A DNA stretch of 64,000 bases from NCBI GenBank assembly GCA_951406725.2, contig OX597824.1, positions 64,976,001 through 65,040,000 on the forward strand, read 5' to 3'. This stretch comes from Octopus vulgaris (taxonomy: Eukaryota). The notes beneath the pieces were generated by a model. The model made no database searches. It saw nothing but the letters and a program-made list of their open reading frames with translations, and was not told where the DNA came from. Both the position numbers and the translations under genes were made by a program. This document shows positions 41,663 through 57,203 of the stretch, in pieces. Within the stretch, counting starts at the first letter, position 1; every line of letters begins with the position of its first letter.

Positions 41663-43769
41663 AATATAATAAACTTTGGTTGTAGAACAAACAACAAATT
41701 TAAGGTCATCAACAAATTTAAGGTCATCCAGTTTGCTCTACAACCAAAGTTTATTATACTTGTCTCATTTACTTGAGCACTTCTATAACAGTCTTATTAA
41801 ACATTTTGTTCCTGATAAGAAACAATCACTATTATTATTGATACATATAAATATACAAATATTTCTCTGTATGTTCGCTTCGCAACCACAGGGTTTACCG
41901 TTATTCCTGCACAGCACTTCTACAACACCCGGCTCCAGGCCAACCTAATTCTAAAGCTATCTCCTTTGTTTTGTTTTGTTTTTTAACGGAATAATTAAGC
42001 TAATGGCGCAAATGATAGAGCGAACCTTTATCACCACGTGAAGAATTATAATTAATTAAAAATTTGTTGGTTTTGTACATTATGCATGTTTTAACCCAAT
42101 TACTATGACGTAACACAAGTCTTATAGATGAGCATAACCGGTAGTATTTGGTGGAAATAAGACGTTCTTATTAATTTAGAATTAAGTAATTTAGATACAA
42201 TTAATTTAGAATTAAAAAGCACGAAAGTGGATAAATAGGATCTATTATCAGGCTTCAAAGATATTCATTTCCTACTCAAAAATTAATTATTTTTACTAAT
42301 TAGAAATAGTGTAATGATAGTATTGTTAATGATGGTGATAGCAGGACTTACAAGTGAAGACTGGATCCGGCGGACTCTGCAGAGGAAACCTTCATGTTGT
42401 AGTGGAGAGGAACACTACAGCAGCAACGTTTTGCGGCGTGGAGAGAGAGCAAAGTGAGTCAAGAAAGATGTCTTGGTCATCCACTGCATCTGTCTCCATC
42501 CTCAATTGACTTGATCTGATCTTACCATTGGACTGAAGAGAGTGAGATTCTCGGTGCGCAACTCCTCTTATATATAAACAAAGTCATCGCGCAAGTCATC
42601 AGTCATCAGTAATCCTAGGTTGACTAGATGATGCTCATCGTTCTGTTGGACGAACATGATAGTAAATCCAATAATCCAGAGAGTCAGTGGAGTACTATTC
42701 AAAACTTTTCTTTTTGAGCAGTGTATTTCGTAACTCCTCATTCGTGTAGTGTAGTTTGTGCATCAACCTTCTATAGAAAGAAAGAAATCTCTCCCACAAC
42801 ATTGCAGTTAAACAAATACATTTGTTTTTTTGCTACATCTACAACAAAACCACACTTGGCTCTTAATGGTTCATATATTGATATAATTAGCAGTATGTCT
42901 CCAACTTGAGACTCCAGTAGAAGACACTTGCGCAGTGTGCCACTCAATGTTATCAAACTCAGAACCACGAAGCGGCCACGTAAACTTCTCGACCACAAGA
43001 TAATGCCTGCACTTTGTGGACCAAATTCGTTTCTTTTAACTCAATAAACTATCTTTCATCTAAAGTAGGAAGAAATAGGAAATAGTAGATTAATCTCGCT
43101 ATCCCCTGGAACTCGCAGGCCGGATAGGAGTAATTATTCCTAAAAATCTGATACACAATGTAGGTCAGAGCAAATGGACAAAGGCTGTCATTATAACAAC
43201 TTTATTAACAATAAATGAGATACTAACAAAGTTTGTATGCAGTGTTGTTTAGGAAAAACTCATGTGTGTGTTTGTGTGGGTGTGTGTGTGCGTGCATGTT
43301 GAGTATGTGTGTGTGTTTGCATGAATGTACATATACATTTACATCCTTATTAAGTAGGAATTCTTAAAATGAGAAAAGGGATAGAAATGGTCCAAATGAA
43401 TGCATAGTTTTTGAGAAGAAAGTTTGCACTGTTTCAGCTGCAAAGCATTATCATTCTTATCTCTAGAATCCATTCTCACGAGTACGTGAGTGATTAAAAA
43501 ATAATACTCGGCATGCATAGACAAAGTGAAGGGGAAATGGATCACATCTTTCAGTATACAGATACAATAAACTTCCTTTTTTGAATAACCCTAAGCACCA
43601 TAGCCATCACTCGCAAACGTGAATGATCTGGTATTGTCTACCATATTTTGATTAATTCTTTTATGTGTTTTTGTAGTCTCAAGCAAACACAGACACCCTT
43701 TCGTCCCTTCAATCCTCTGTTCTAGTGGGACATGGAGGATGGATAAAAAGAAAGCTACACTACAACTAG

Positions 43770-43895
43770 GTTGAATTCACTTTCAGCTGAGTAGAATGAA
43801 CCACTTTGCTCAAGAAAATGACGCTCCGTCTGGTCCAAGACTCGATCCCATGACTTTATGATCATGAGGCCATCACACTAACCATTAGGCCACGC
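43770..43895 (-). mobile_element. tRNA-derived SINE head
   Basis: Minus strand gcgtggcctaatggttagtg (A box) ... gggatcgagtc (B-box-like). Confidence 0.6.
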
Positions 43896-44674
43896 TTAGT
43901 GATTAGGATTAAAACCTGTTGTAAAGAATAGTATTAGAATTTTGGCGCGTGATTCCTTGTAGAAACAAACATAATGAACATACGATCTATTATAGACATA
44001 GTAATAGATATATCGTATTTCTGATACGGTCTGCAGAGTTTGCGGTGGTAGGGGTGGCGGCGAGGGATATTGCCATGTCACGTAAACCGATTAATCTTTC
44101 TCGCCTACATTAGAATGAACGAAGCTTGATTACCCGGCAGTCACGCCTAACCATTGAAACAGTTTCAGCCATAAAACGATTGTGCTTTTATTTTCATTTT
44201 TTTTTATTTATATGGCTGGGGAGCGTAATTTTTGTCTTTATATTTTTATTTTATTTTATTTCACTTTTATTTTGTTATTATTCCATTTCCTCTCGCGTCA
44301 GCAACTCAGAGAAATCTCTGAGAATGAAACCCAAAATTAATTATTATTAAAGAGAAGTACCTATCCGACAACTGCAGGACACACGAGGTAATACACCTTC
44401 CAAATTTGATACTTGCACATATAACTCATGCGCAAATATATATGCACATTTATACACAAGCGCACACACACACAAACACACACACATACACACACGCGCG
44501 TAAGCACAATCGAAGAATGGTAACGTTTATAGAATTCTTAAATCATTTTGCTTCCAATGGTATGCCTGTCTGTCTGCTTGTCAAATTCTATGTATACATG
44601 CATGCATATGTGTGTGTGAGAGTATTTATTTCTGTGTGTATGTATACATGTATATCTTTGTGTGTGCACCTATG

Positions 44675-44743
<69 letters not shown>

Positions 44744-44851
44744 ATCACGTGACCGACCAGACCATCAGATGTTGTTAGACATCGCTGGTCACAATGCGTT
44801 CGCATTGTTTTAGCCTTCGAATGACGCTACCCCGCTGGCTAAGCGAGCAGG

Positions 44852-44942
<91 letters not shown>

Positions 44943-44955
44943 TTATGTGCATATA

Positions 44956-44991
<36 letters not shown>

Positions 44992-45007
44992 TGTATGTAT
45001 GTATGTA

Positions 45008-45183
45008 TGTAGCGGGCTGGAGGTGATGTGCCATATCAGGTTGATATGATATAGCTCACTACTGAATGTAGCATATAAATGTAACGCTTCAAGGTTCTCG
45101 CGTCGGAGTACCAATAAACATCGAAGAATCAACACCAAGAAGGAAGAAATATTATTTACATATGTTTATTCGTTTGCCCGACA
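45008..45183 (+). mobile_element. Small solo-LTR-like element
   Basis: TGTAGCGGGC...GCCCGACA inverted ends, TATA-like catataaatg and downstream AATAAA. Confidence 0.45.
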
Positions 45184-45692
45184 GGTAGTTAAAGAGACAA
45201 TAGCAATTCTAGTGATAGTAACAGCATGGATGACTCGCTGTTTAGTAGTTGATAGTGTAAGAAAAGGTTGTCTGTCAGTAGAGAGTGAAAGAGCATGGAA
45301 TGCACGGTGCTGACTAGAAAGGAAGAAAGGATAACGACAGCATCGTCTTTCTTGCGGCCGAAAGTGGAAGTGCTGCTCTTGGTCATGGCTGACGCAAAAG
45401 GGTGTGCTGCTCCTTGGTCTCACTGACACAAAAGAGCGGGTGTTGCTCCTTGGTCATAGCTGAGACATAAGAAAAAGATAGGAAATTCTCTCTGTTATAT
45501 AGACTATGGTCAGTAATGTAGGTCAAACCTTAAACAAAGGACTGATCTTTCCTTGACCAGCGCAGGTCCTAGGGGATCGAGTGTTTCCTCATCAATCATC
45601 TGGTGTGGAGAGGATTTTCCGCTCGTTTTAACAAGCAACAAGCGGGTGGATTTGGTTTCAAATCTCAAGCAGGGTCAAGCTAGGTGCCTACA
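45184..45692 (-). mobile_element. Second LTR-like segment with three ~34-bp tandem repeats
   Basis: Ends in ...gcctaca. The unit tgctccttggtc..ctga..caaaag repeats at ~45370-45470. Confidence 0.3.
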
Positions 45693-45694
45693 TA

Positions 45695-45749
<55 letters not shown>

Positions 45750-45819
45750 GTATGTATGTGTATATATTATATATGTATCTATGTGTGTATATGTGTATAT
45801 ATGTGTGTAATATATATAT

Positions 45820-46310
45820 ATAATCAATATAAGCAACAGGATATCCAGAGGTGATGCAGTACGACCGTTTCAAGCGACTCCATTTAATTGAACAATGCAA
45901 TCATTACATCAGTTTAAATGCAGAACTATCCCCAGCTGCATAAATAAACAAATAGAATTAATTTAAACAGTTGGACACATTTGTATAATTTTACTTAAAT
46001 CTTCTAAGAGGGTAAGAAGGCAAAGTCCATGCTGTTTTCACTTCAGCTTAGAAGCTACTAAGACATCAGGAAAAAAGAGAAACTTGTTAGGGTTCTAGCT
46101 TGTCACTGACTTTTGGGGTCGAGTGTCTGTTAGGAAAGGGCATGACGGAGATGACAGAATCATAATGGGTACAGTTATTAAACTTGTCAAGATTATTTTG
46201 AAGTAGTATAAAGTAACTGACTATCATAAAGTTTTGAAATTGTACGGATAAATACCGCACTAATTTTTGGTGTCTCAACTTAAGTACCTAATTCATCTGA
46301 ATCTCAATTA
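45820..46310 (-). mobile_element. Family C element, second copy, with hammerhead-like motif (45855-45940)
   Basis: Minus strand TGCAG-CTGGGGA-T...T-GAAAC-GGTC-GT-A-CTGCA; homologous to 1500-1750. Confidence 0.7.
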
Positions 46311-46447
46311 TTTTGCATATATATATATATATATTAATAAAAGGAATTCCAACCTTGTCTGATTTTCACGTTTTATTTACAATCTTATAATGATATATTA
46401 TAATAGAATAAAATAAAATAGTAGAATGTTAAATGTTCATTCTGATT

Positions 46448-46490
46448 GAACTAGTACTTTCATGCATTAAATTCTGCAATCTTCAGGTTC
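46448..46490 (-). ncRNA. Minimal type I hammerhead ribozyme motif
   Basis: GAAC-CTGAAGA-T-TGCA-gaatttaa-TGCA-T-GAAA-GTAC-TA-GTTC. Stem I GAAC/GTTC, palindromic stem III AGTACT, CUA cleavage triplet. Confidence 0.75.
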
Positions 46491-46620
46491 ATGTAGTAGT
46501 GGTGACAGTCATGCTTCACAAATTACATATATATATATATATATAAAATGTGACCGCGTGTGTACCGTTGGCGATTTTTTTTCCCCCGTCTTCCCCTCTC
46601 TAGATCTTTCCTTTTCCTAC

Positions 46621-46655
46621 GTTTCTGACGAAGAGCTCCGCTCGAAACGTAAAAC
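46621..46655 (+). ncRNA. Minimal type I hammerhead ribozyme motif
   Basis: GTTT-CTGACGA-A-GAGC-TCC-GCTC-GAAA-CG-TA-AAAC. All stems pair, palindromic ACGT stem III, GUA triplet. Lies in a ~215-bp element (46545-46760) bounded by (TA)n. Confidence 0.8.
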
Positions 46656-46750
46656 CCTCCTTCTTCCCTTCCTTCCTGAGCGTCCAATAATACTATATTT
46701 GTTCCACGTCCTCGCGTTGCTGTGTTTTCTCTTTGTGTTTTCATGTTTGG

Positions 46751-46824
<74 letters not shown>

Positions 46825-47231
46825 AGAGTTAAGGAATGGGTTGAATTTTCCATGTCTTAACATGTACCTCCTTGCGACAATGTAAACTTTAATTTAATCA
46901 AAATATCCTTGTCGTGAAGAGTAGCCCGTGGTATACACCTCGCTTGGATATTTACCACTTCTAAGGTTCTGCTCACTTTGAAACATATGTAGCCCGAATC
47001 TTATCTACTCCATTCCTTAACTCTTTATTTTTATTAGTACATCCGGCAACCCAGGTCGCCTACCGTGAAATATAAAAATAACTTTTTTTCAATTTATCAT
47101 ACTTCGATACGAAAAAATCCGCAACCCTCTGTCTCAAAAAACCACTATTGTCCCTGAAATTTGTTTTTTATATTTACTACTGGTTGCCTGAAGCTAACTT
47201 TCTTCCTACACCTCGATTCCCGGATCTTATA

Positions 47232-47321
<90 letters not shown>

Positions 47322-47434
47322 ATATACACATACATACATGCACGTATATATATATGTACACACACACACATATAAAGATAGAACGAAGGGATGAGAAAGA
47401 CAGACAGACAGACAGACAGACTGACAGACAGACT

Positions 47435-47465
<31 letters not shown>

Positions 47466-48241
47466 TGACTGAATTGATTGATTGATTGATTGATAAACAC
47501 ACACATGGACACACACCAGGCATGTAGCCACGGGGTGGGGCCATGGGTGCTCAGCACCCCCAGTTAGGATCTCAGCTCCCACTTCCCCAGTATGAGAATT
47601 TGGTTTATCCACTTTTGAAATAATACATTGTCGCATAAGCAATATCTGAAGTTGCTAAAGATGCAATAAATTGAATTTGTTTTGATTTAGTAGTTAGTAA
47701 TATGAAAACCTGGGTAAATTAGAGCTGGTCCAAAATGTTTGTTGTAGCTGTATTTGTTGTCGCAGAATTGGCTGCTGACCCGGTCATCAACTGTGGGTTG
47801 AAATAAGGGGTGGCTGACTCTGGGGTCAGTTGTTGTTGTGGTGGTGGTAGGGAACGTGGTAGCGACGGCGGCGGTGGTGCCGGTGATTGTCGTTGCTGTT
47901 GTTGAAAAGAATGTGAAGTTAGAGATTTATATACATACGTATATATGTGAACAGAGACGGGCGTTAAAAAGTCATTTTATTTCAACTAGTCAGAGAGGAT
48001 TATTATTCACGAAAAAGGAGAGAAAATTTTTGAAATTTCCCAAAATATACATTCAGAAAAGATTTTTCAGCTGAGAACTTTCACTAAATAAATTTTCCTA
48101 CTTTTTGAAACAAAGTTTATACTGAAATCATTTTGTGTTTAACTAAAAAAGCATAACTTTGAAGAAATTGAAAAAAAATTGCTTGAACTGAAATCTCTTA
48201 CGAGTTTAATTTAAAAATACATAAATTTTAAGAAATTGTTA

Positions 48242-49467
<1,226 letters not shown>

Positions 49468-49699
49468 AATTGTTACTCTTACTACGATATTATACCTTAG
49501 AATTAATTATTGTGAATATCAGTGTCCAAAAATAATGAATCACTACCGAAAAAGAGAACTGAGGCAATCATTGCTGAATTTCTAATTTGATTCGTCTAAT
49601 AATAAACGGAAGAGAATTTCAAACGAAGTTTCGCAGCTCAAGGGAGGTCTTGTAAAGTCTGTGACACCCTCATTGGATAATCTAGGACAGATCGACTGC

Positions 49700-51318
49700 C
49701 AACCAGTGCAGCGAGTTCTAGCAAAGTTTGATCCAAAAATTTATGGAAATCAGAGACGTGACTTCTGGTCGTCCATGGTTAGAGTATTCTCTTTCAAAGA
49801 AAGCCTTATTTTGTTTTGCTTGTCGGCACTTTAATACTTTTGCTCAAGCTGATACTTGTTTTACTAAAAATGGATATTCTAATTGGCATCATGCAAAAGA
49901 AAAAAAACAAAGGTTTAAATAAGCATGCAAACTCAGCATCCCGCCAACAGCGTTTATCCAAAACATCTGTGTCTTCAATCTTGCAAAATAATCAGTTGAG
50001 CAAAAACCGTTGCTATATCAGTTCCATTGTTGATACTGTTCATTTCTTTTGTACAAACGAATTGCCTTCTTGAGGAAACGAAAATGAAGCTTTTCGGGAT
50101 CTTTATTCGGAAGATTACATGCAGCCTTGTGGTCTTTTTATGAAATTATTCCAGTACACATTAGAGAAAAACTCAAAGCTAATGGAATGTTACAGCACGA
50201 TTCCAAAAATTGCGACCTTCACCTCAGTAGCAATGCAAAACGAAATCATCGAATTGTTGAGAAGACACACTGTCAGCCTTATGGTCAATGAAATAAAATG
50301 TTCCAATGTTTCTTACTTTACGCTGAAATGTGATGGAACGCGTGATTTGAGTTATTACTAAAAATCTTACAATTGTTATTAGGTACTTGCAAAATGGCAG
50401 GGTCCTGGAAAAGTTAATTGCAATGCCAACAACTCAACATTATGATGCTGAAACATTGGCCGACTTGATAATTAAGGGATTAACCAACCTTTGCATTGAC
50501 CCAAAGCGTATGTTGCTACAATTCTATGATGGTGCTTCTGTGATGTCTGGCAAAATAGGTGGCATTCAAAGAAAGATACAGAATTGACTTGAGAAATATA
50601 TACCTTATGTTCATTGTCTTAATCATCAGTGCATCTTGTCGTGGTTGACACATAGTGGATTCCGAAGTTAACTACGTTCTTTGACACCGTTAATATTCTT
50701 CATAATATTATTAAACGGCCAAAGATAGCTAGTCTCTCGAAAGGATTGAAGTTGCCATGACTTATGGAGCATAGGTGGCCGGGTCATTTCACTGCCATTG
50801 CTTCTGTAATAGAAAATCACTCCAAAATTGTTGGTTTACTAACCGAATGCACAAATTCGTCAGATTCAAAAACATGTGTAGAGGCAACTGGAATTTTACA
50901 TCAAGTTCGTTCCGCAAGGTTTGTTTTTCTAGCCCTTGTTCTTAGCAAATTTCTGCATATAATTAGACCAGTAGACAAACAGCTTCAGAGTCACAAATGG
51001 GATATATACCATGGCCTTGGGCTTCTGAAGATTGCCAACAGTGAAATAACCAAACTGAAAAACTCTTAAATATTTGATGAGATTCTAAAACAAGAGTCAA
51101 TTTAATGTTATTGAGGAACGCGTGCGTCGAAAAGCTTGCGGATCCCGAGTTTTACAGATTATGTTGTTGAAGCCCTGGTACCATCACAAGATGACTGGAT
51201 AACCTTTCATCGCAAAATTTATTTTGTGATCATCGATGAAAGCTTGGGAGAGATAGATAATAGATTTTCAGAGCAAAATGATAGTACATATTCTTCCTTG
51301 GCAAATCTACTAAAATGA
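49700..51318 (+). pseudogene. hAT transposase pseudogene (TTF-type zinc finger plus DUF4371-like region)
   Basis: PWLEYSLSKKALFCFACRHF, GYSNW, TFTSVAMQNEII, FTLKCDGTRD, FYDGASVMSG..GGIQ, YVHCLNH, EHRW and IDNRFS, spread over several frames with stops. Confidence 0.92.
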
Positions 51319-51679
51319 AAATTTTAGATTAATTTCATTTAATTTAATTTCTCTAACTGAATTAATTGGATATGGAAACGGTTGTAGGGATAAAAATTTC
51401 ATATTATATTGATATGAATATCTTTGAATAAACTAATGTCTATACGTCAATTTCTCCATTTTAATCTTTTTCTCATTCATAAATATTTTAAATACCAATA
51501 TATATAAATGCAAAACTAAAGTATTTAATTTTCAGTGAACAGTGGTATAAACCGGAAAACTAGATTAAAGGATTATAGGTCCTTGGCATAATTTTATATA
51601 TATATATACATATATATTTCGTTTTGGGATTTGGTTATAAGGCACAAAAAGAAACTGACTCTCTCCAGACACAACAGCA

Positions 51680-51730
<51 letters not shown>

Positions 51731-51739
51731 TTCAGCACA

Positions 51740-52609
<870 letters not shown>

Positions 52610-53919
52610 GGATGTGACTTCGAAACCTGGGACGGTACCCTACTGCGAATTCGAGTACCCGAATAAGTGCCCCGGATGCCAGAACAGGAATTACATTCGA
52701 CTTCTGCACTGCAATGCAATGCACACCGAAATTATCCTGTCCTCCGGCTGCTTATGATGGTAAGCTTAATTACTAACCATGGTACTTATTTACAACTAAG
52801 TTTAATAGAAAGTTATGTGCCGCTAGTTGAATACGAATCCTGAATCTGTTTGATGTGTCTGTTGTTGACACCCTATATTCTCGGCCAGATGAGGCTGACT
52901 TTCCATAACTACTTAACCTATAACAAAATAACTTCCACAGAAATTGACATTAAACATATACTATATTATATTCCCAGTGTTCTATAAACAGCCGCTGTTT
53001 TTGCAGATAATCACTCGATTTGGTCTATGTCTTTTAATTTGCTTTTCTCAAGTATCATTTAGCATACACTTGTTTTTCTTTGGCTTCGTGTCTTTTACTA
53101 TCCGTTTTGTTTTTACCTTGTTTTTTTTTAGTTCTTCTTGTTTTCTTTTTTGTTGTTTCTTTCATATCTTCTTTGTTTCTTCCATATCTTCTTTTGTTTC
53201 TTTCATACCTTCTTTGTGTAATTAATAGTTTTGTGATGTGGGTGAAATTTCTGCTTAATTCATGAACAATATCATCGTTGGTTACAGGATTTCAATGACC
53301 ATTCAACTGGTTCAGTGCATTTCTCACAGGAAAGGTGTGAAGGAAATGTCTCTAACCTCTTTAGAAGAGCGCTGATTTTTCGGTTTACTCATTTGTTTAC
53401 ATTTTCCACCTACATATATATGAAAGTGCTTGTGAGTGTGTGTGCATTTGTGTCTGTGGCGATCTTTCGTTTTGTGTTCATATAATAGCGAACAGCAAAA
53501 CGAATAGAAAACGACTACGAAACCATTACACGGAAACCAGCTTTCTTATCATAGTTAGGTGAATAAGAAAACAAGTGTCAAGATCAATTGTATATAATTG
53601 TATTATAATTAATTGTATTAGCTAGATTACATGTAACTAACACAACAGGAAATATGACAGGGGTAGAACAAGAAGAGGACAAAGAAATAGACGAAAATGA
53701 GTGAGAAAAACAAGAACGGACAAAATAATTTACTTAAAACCTTTATCTTTTTTATTTTAATTTCAAATGTTTAACCTTCTACGTTCTTTGCGAGTAAAAT
53801 GCGTTGAGGGAAAAATTTGGTATAAGAGGCATCAGATGCGGTGTATAAGAGAGAAGACTGCATTGGTATGGTCGTGTGATGCAGATAGATGAGAGCAGCT
53901 GTATAAAGGAGTGCAGATG

Positions 53920-54215
53920 GCGTTAGGGGGAGCATCCAGCAGAAGAAACCCTGCGAAAGCAGACATTGTAACACGCTGCAACCCTCTGGCACGTCATTCA
54001 TGTCGAGCCGTCCAACCCATGCTAGTGTGGAAAAAGGGACGCTATATGAGGATGATGATGACGACGACGATGACGACGATGACGACGACGATGAAAAGAG
54101 CCAGTGGAAGAGGGAGATTCAGAAGGACGTGGGATGAAATCTTTAGCCTCTCAGAGGAGATGACAAGAGGCCGAGATGAATAGCGATATGCTGTGCTTGA
54201 GAAAACCCATCCATC
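53920..54215 (+). mobile_element. RTE-like LINE/SINE 3' tail fragments
   Basis: ccaacccatgctagtgtggaaaaagggacg followed by (gat)n, and a ...GRGRFRRTWDE...EEMTRGRDE peptide typical of RTE ORF ends. Confidence 0.55.
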
Positions 54216-54229
54216 TCAGCAAAATGATC

Positions 54230-56235
54230 AGGAATGTAGCCTGCATCAAGTGAATTTCTCCAGAGCTCAGCTAGAGCGGGGTGCAATTTGATGTCGACAC
54301 ATCTTCAGGACAGTGGCTGGGAACTTATCGGGACCTACTGCCGAGTTGTGCTTGATCTTATCTATTTCTCGTAGGATATCAGTAGCACCAAAAGTTATGT
54401 CAGATATGGTTAGTTGAGGGTTTACAACACGCATACTAGCCAGATGAACCACATTAGGGTTACTGAAGACAGAGTAGTATTGTCTCTCCAGTATCTCGCA
54501 CATGGATTTTGCTTCATAATGTAGAGCGTTGTTCTCGTCAACTAGTGGACCAACAATGGAAACAGTGTCTTTATATTTTTTGCAAATGACTAGAACATTT
54601 TGGGATTGAGTTTTATGTTCTCAATTTCCCAGCTCTCCTCGGCTGCTCTTTGACTATTAATGATGGTCATCATACTTTTTTGGAGGCCGTGTTTTTTTCG
54701 ATTCGAGTGATGCAATGGCAGTCGAATGGGTGCGTTGCTGCTGGCAGTATTTAAGTTGGTTGATTTTCTTGTTAATTCTTTTTACTTTTCTGATAATGGC
54801 TCTTCTATTTCTAGGGATTCTTCACTTAGATTTGTATACTGATCTTAATGGAGTATGTTTTGCGCATATATGTGTCACCGTATCTACAAATGTCTGCCAT
54901 GATGTGTTTATGTTGGAGGGGTGTGTGCGTGCGTGGATGCTTAATCAACTTGTAAAAGATCATGATTGATCCCACCCCAGTCTGCTTTATGAAGATCCAT
55001 AGTGTAAAATGGATGGACTGGAGAGATGTCACTGGATCTTTGGGTGGTAGAATCTCAGATCGCAGAGAACTATGTGATGGTCTGAGAGTAGTGTTGTTTT
55101 TTCCGCTGTAATATTGAGGATAGTGTCTGTATGGTTACTGAACACTAGATCCAAGGTGTTTTGTGACGCTTTGTTGGTACATGAACAAGTCAGGTAAGGA
55201 AAAACTCATCCATGAACTCAAAAATCAATTCGATTGCTTCCTTATCAGGAGTTGAAGTAGAAAAACCTGGTTTCAAGCTGTTTGTGGACCAATCAACACT
55301 GGGAAGGTTGAAATCCCCCACCATTAGTATGTTGTCAGCATGACACTGATGGATGAAACACTTAATACTGTAGCGGCATTCCTTGGACCATAGAAAAGGA
55401 GTTAGGGTGGCCTATAGGGCCCAACTACAATTAAATTGTTGGTTTTACTAAACACAGTAGCTGCTTCACAGTAGCTGTTGGTAAATACGTCCATTGCTTC
55501 AGCCGGAAAAGAAACGTGCACGAAAATGGCGGTCTTTCTCTTTCTTCTGCCGACATGATCTGCAAGGACGGCTGTAAAATTCTTCACTCTAACCTCAGCT
55601 TCCAAGTGGAGGTTATTGAGATGGGTTTCTGCAAGGACGAAAAAAGGGATATGGTGTGGATGGTCATTAACCCAGTCTTCAATAAATTGGATCTTCCATT
55701 TCCGGGCTTTGGTGGCAGGGCTGTGAGGCGATAGTGTTGACTAGTTTTGACTGTTTTGGGGATTTACTTGTTAATGGTAGCAATGGGAGTTTGTGTGATT
55801 GGGTGGTGGTGGTGGTGGGGAGTAGTCTTCTGTGATGGCTAGAATGTTCTTTTGTAGCTCTTTTGCCAGATTTATTATGGCTAAAAAAGAATTCTGTTTG
55901 AAGAACTGGAAATTTTTGTGGTTGTGGATTTTGTATTGGTTAGGGGTCCCGTTTATATTTTCATATGTGCGACGAATCCCTGGGAGATGGGTGAATGGAC
56001 AATTCTGCTGTAGACATAATCTGTTACGCTGGGAATAGCGGCAGACTCTAGGGTTCCGTGTAACGTGAGAGGTTTTTTCAAATTTGATTTAGTATTTCGT
56101 AAGAGTGATGGCAGTGATGGTAGTGGCGTTGTTTTAGATTGTGCACTTTAACGGTAGCGGCTGTTGTGACTTGGAATTGAGCGTCTAGTCACTGGTAAAT
56201 GAGAGAATTTGCAATCGGTGCCAGTGCACAGCCTC
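54230..56235 (-). pseudogene. CR1/L2-group LINE remnant: ORF1 zinc-finger region, AP endonuclease and start of RT
   Basis: [10 protein letters not shown] and CLQQNCPFTH motifs; YRPP, GDFNLPSVDW, LDLVFSN and SDH endonuclease motifs; SAVGPDKFPATVLKMC. Confidence 0.85.
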
Positions 56236-56284
56236 TTGCGTAGTGAATAACAGCAAAATATATATAAATACAAATATCTATATA

Positions 56285-56361
<77 letters not shown>

Positions 56362-56424
56362 TATATATACATACATATATAAATATATATAAAGATATAT
56401 ATATTTACATATATATATATATGA

Positions 56425-56478
<54 letters not shown>

Positions 56479-56503
56479 ATATATATATACAAATATATGT
56501 ATG

Positions 56504-56607
<104 letters not shown>

Positions 56608-56619
56608 AATATATATATA

Positions 56620-57043
56620 TATCACATCACAACACACCACCACCCACACGCCAGCACTGACCAATTCTCATCCCCACATTTTCCCACCTACACATATACA
56701 CACGCACACGTCAAGATCACCAGCCTCTTTCACACGTACATACGTACTCTCTTACACACATGCGCCCCTTCGTTTTGGAATCACTACTACATTGTTATCT
56801 CCCCTACTTCTTCGCGCTCCTGTGTGACCCTTCTATCCGGCATTCGCCATGATAGATCGGTAGCCACTACACACACTTTTTTCTTCTCTCCTTGTTTCTT
56901 TTTGTGTTCCTTTCTGTGGAAGAGCGTAGGCTCGAAACGTTAAAGACTTTTTCAAAGCCCAAGCATTATACTAATACATCTGTTTGTTTTCTACACCACC
57001 TGTCTTCGTCTTTTGTTTTTTTTTTCGTGAATTCTCCCTATAA

Positions 57044-57045
<2 letters not shown>
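56620..57045 (+). mobile_element. (TA)n-embedded short element with hammerhead-like variant (56910-56945)
   Basis: CTTT-CTGTGGA-A-GAGC-GTAG-GCTC-GAAA-CG-TT-AAAG. Stems pair; core position 6 is T instead of A. Confidence 0.65.
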
Positions 57046-57094
<49 letters not shown>

Positions 57095-57123
57095 TATATA
57101 TATTTAAATATATATATTTATAA

Positions 57124-57181
<58 letters not shown>

Positions 57182-57203
57182 ATATATAAATATAAATATA
57201 TAT

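Noticed and set aside
42531-42555. CTGAAGA-GAG...CTC hammerhead-like half
   Set aside because: Not followed by GAAA and no stems I or III.
42396-42656. TGTT...AACA solo LTR candidate
   Set aside because: No TSD and no second copy in the window; support is too weak.
52725-52760. Candidate right TIR of the hAT element starting at 47517
   Set aside because: Does not match the reverse complement of the left end convincingly and there is no TSD.
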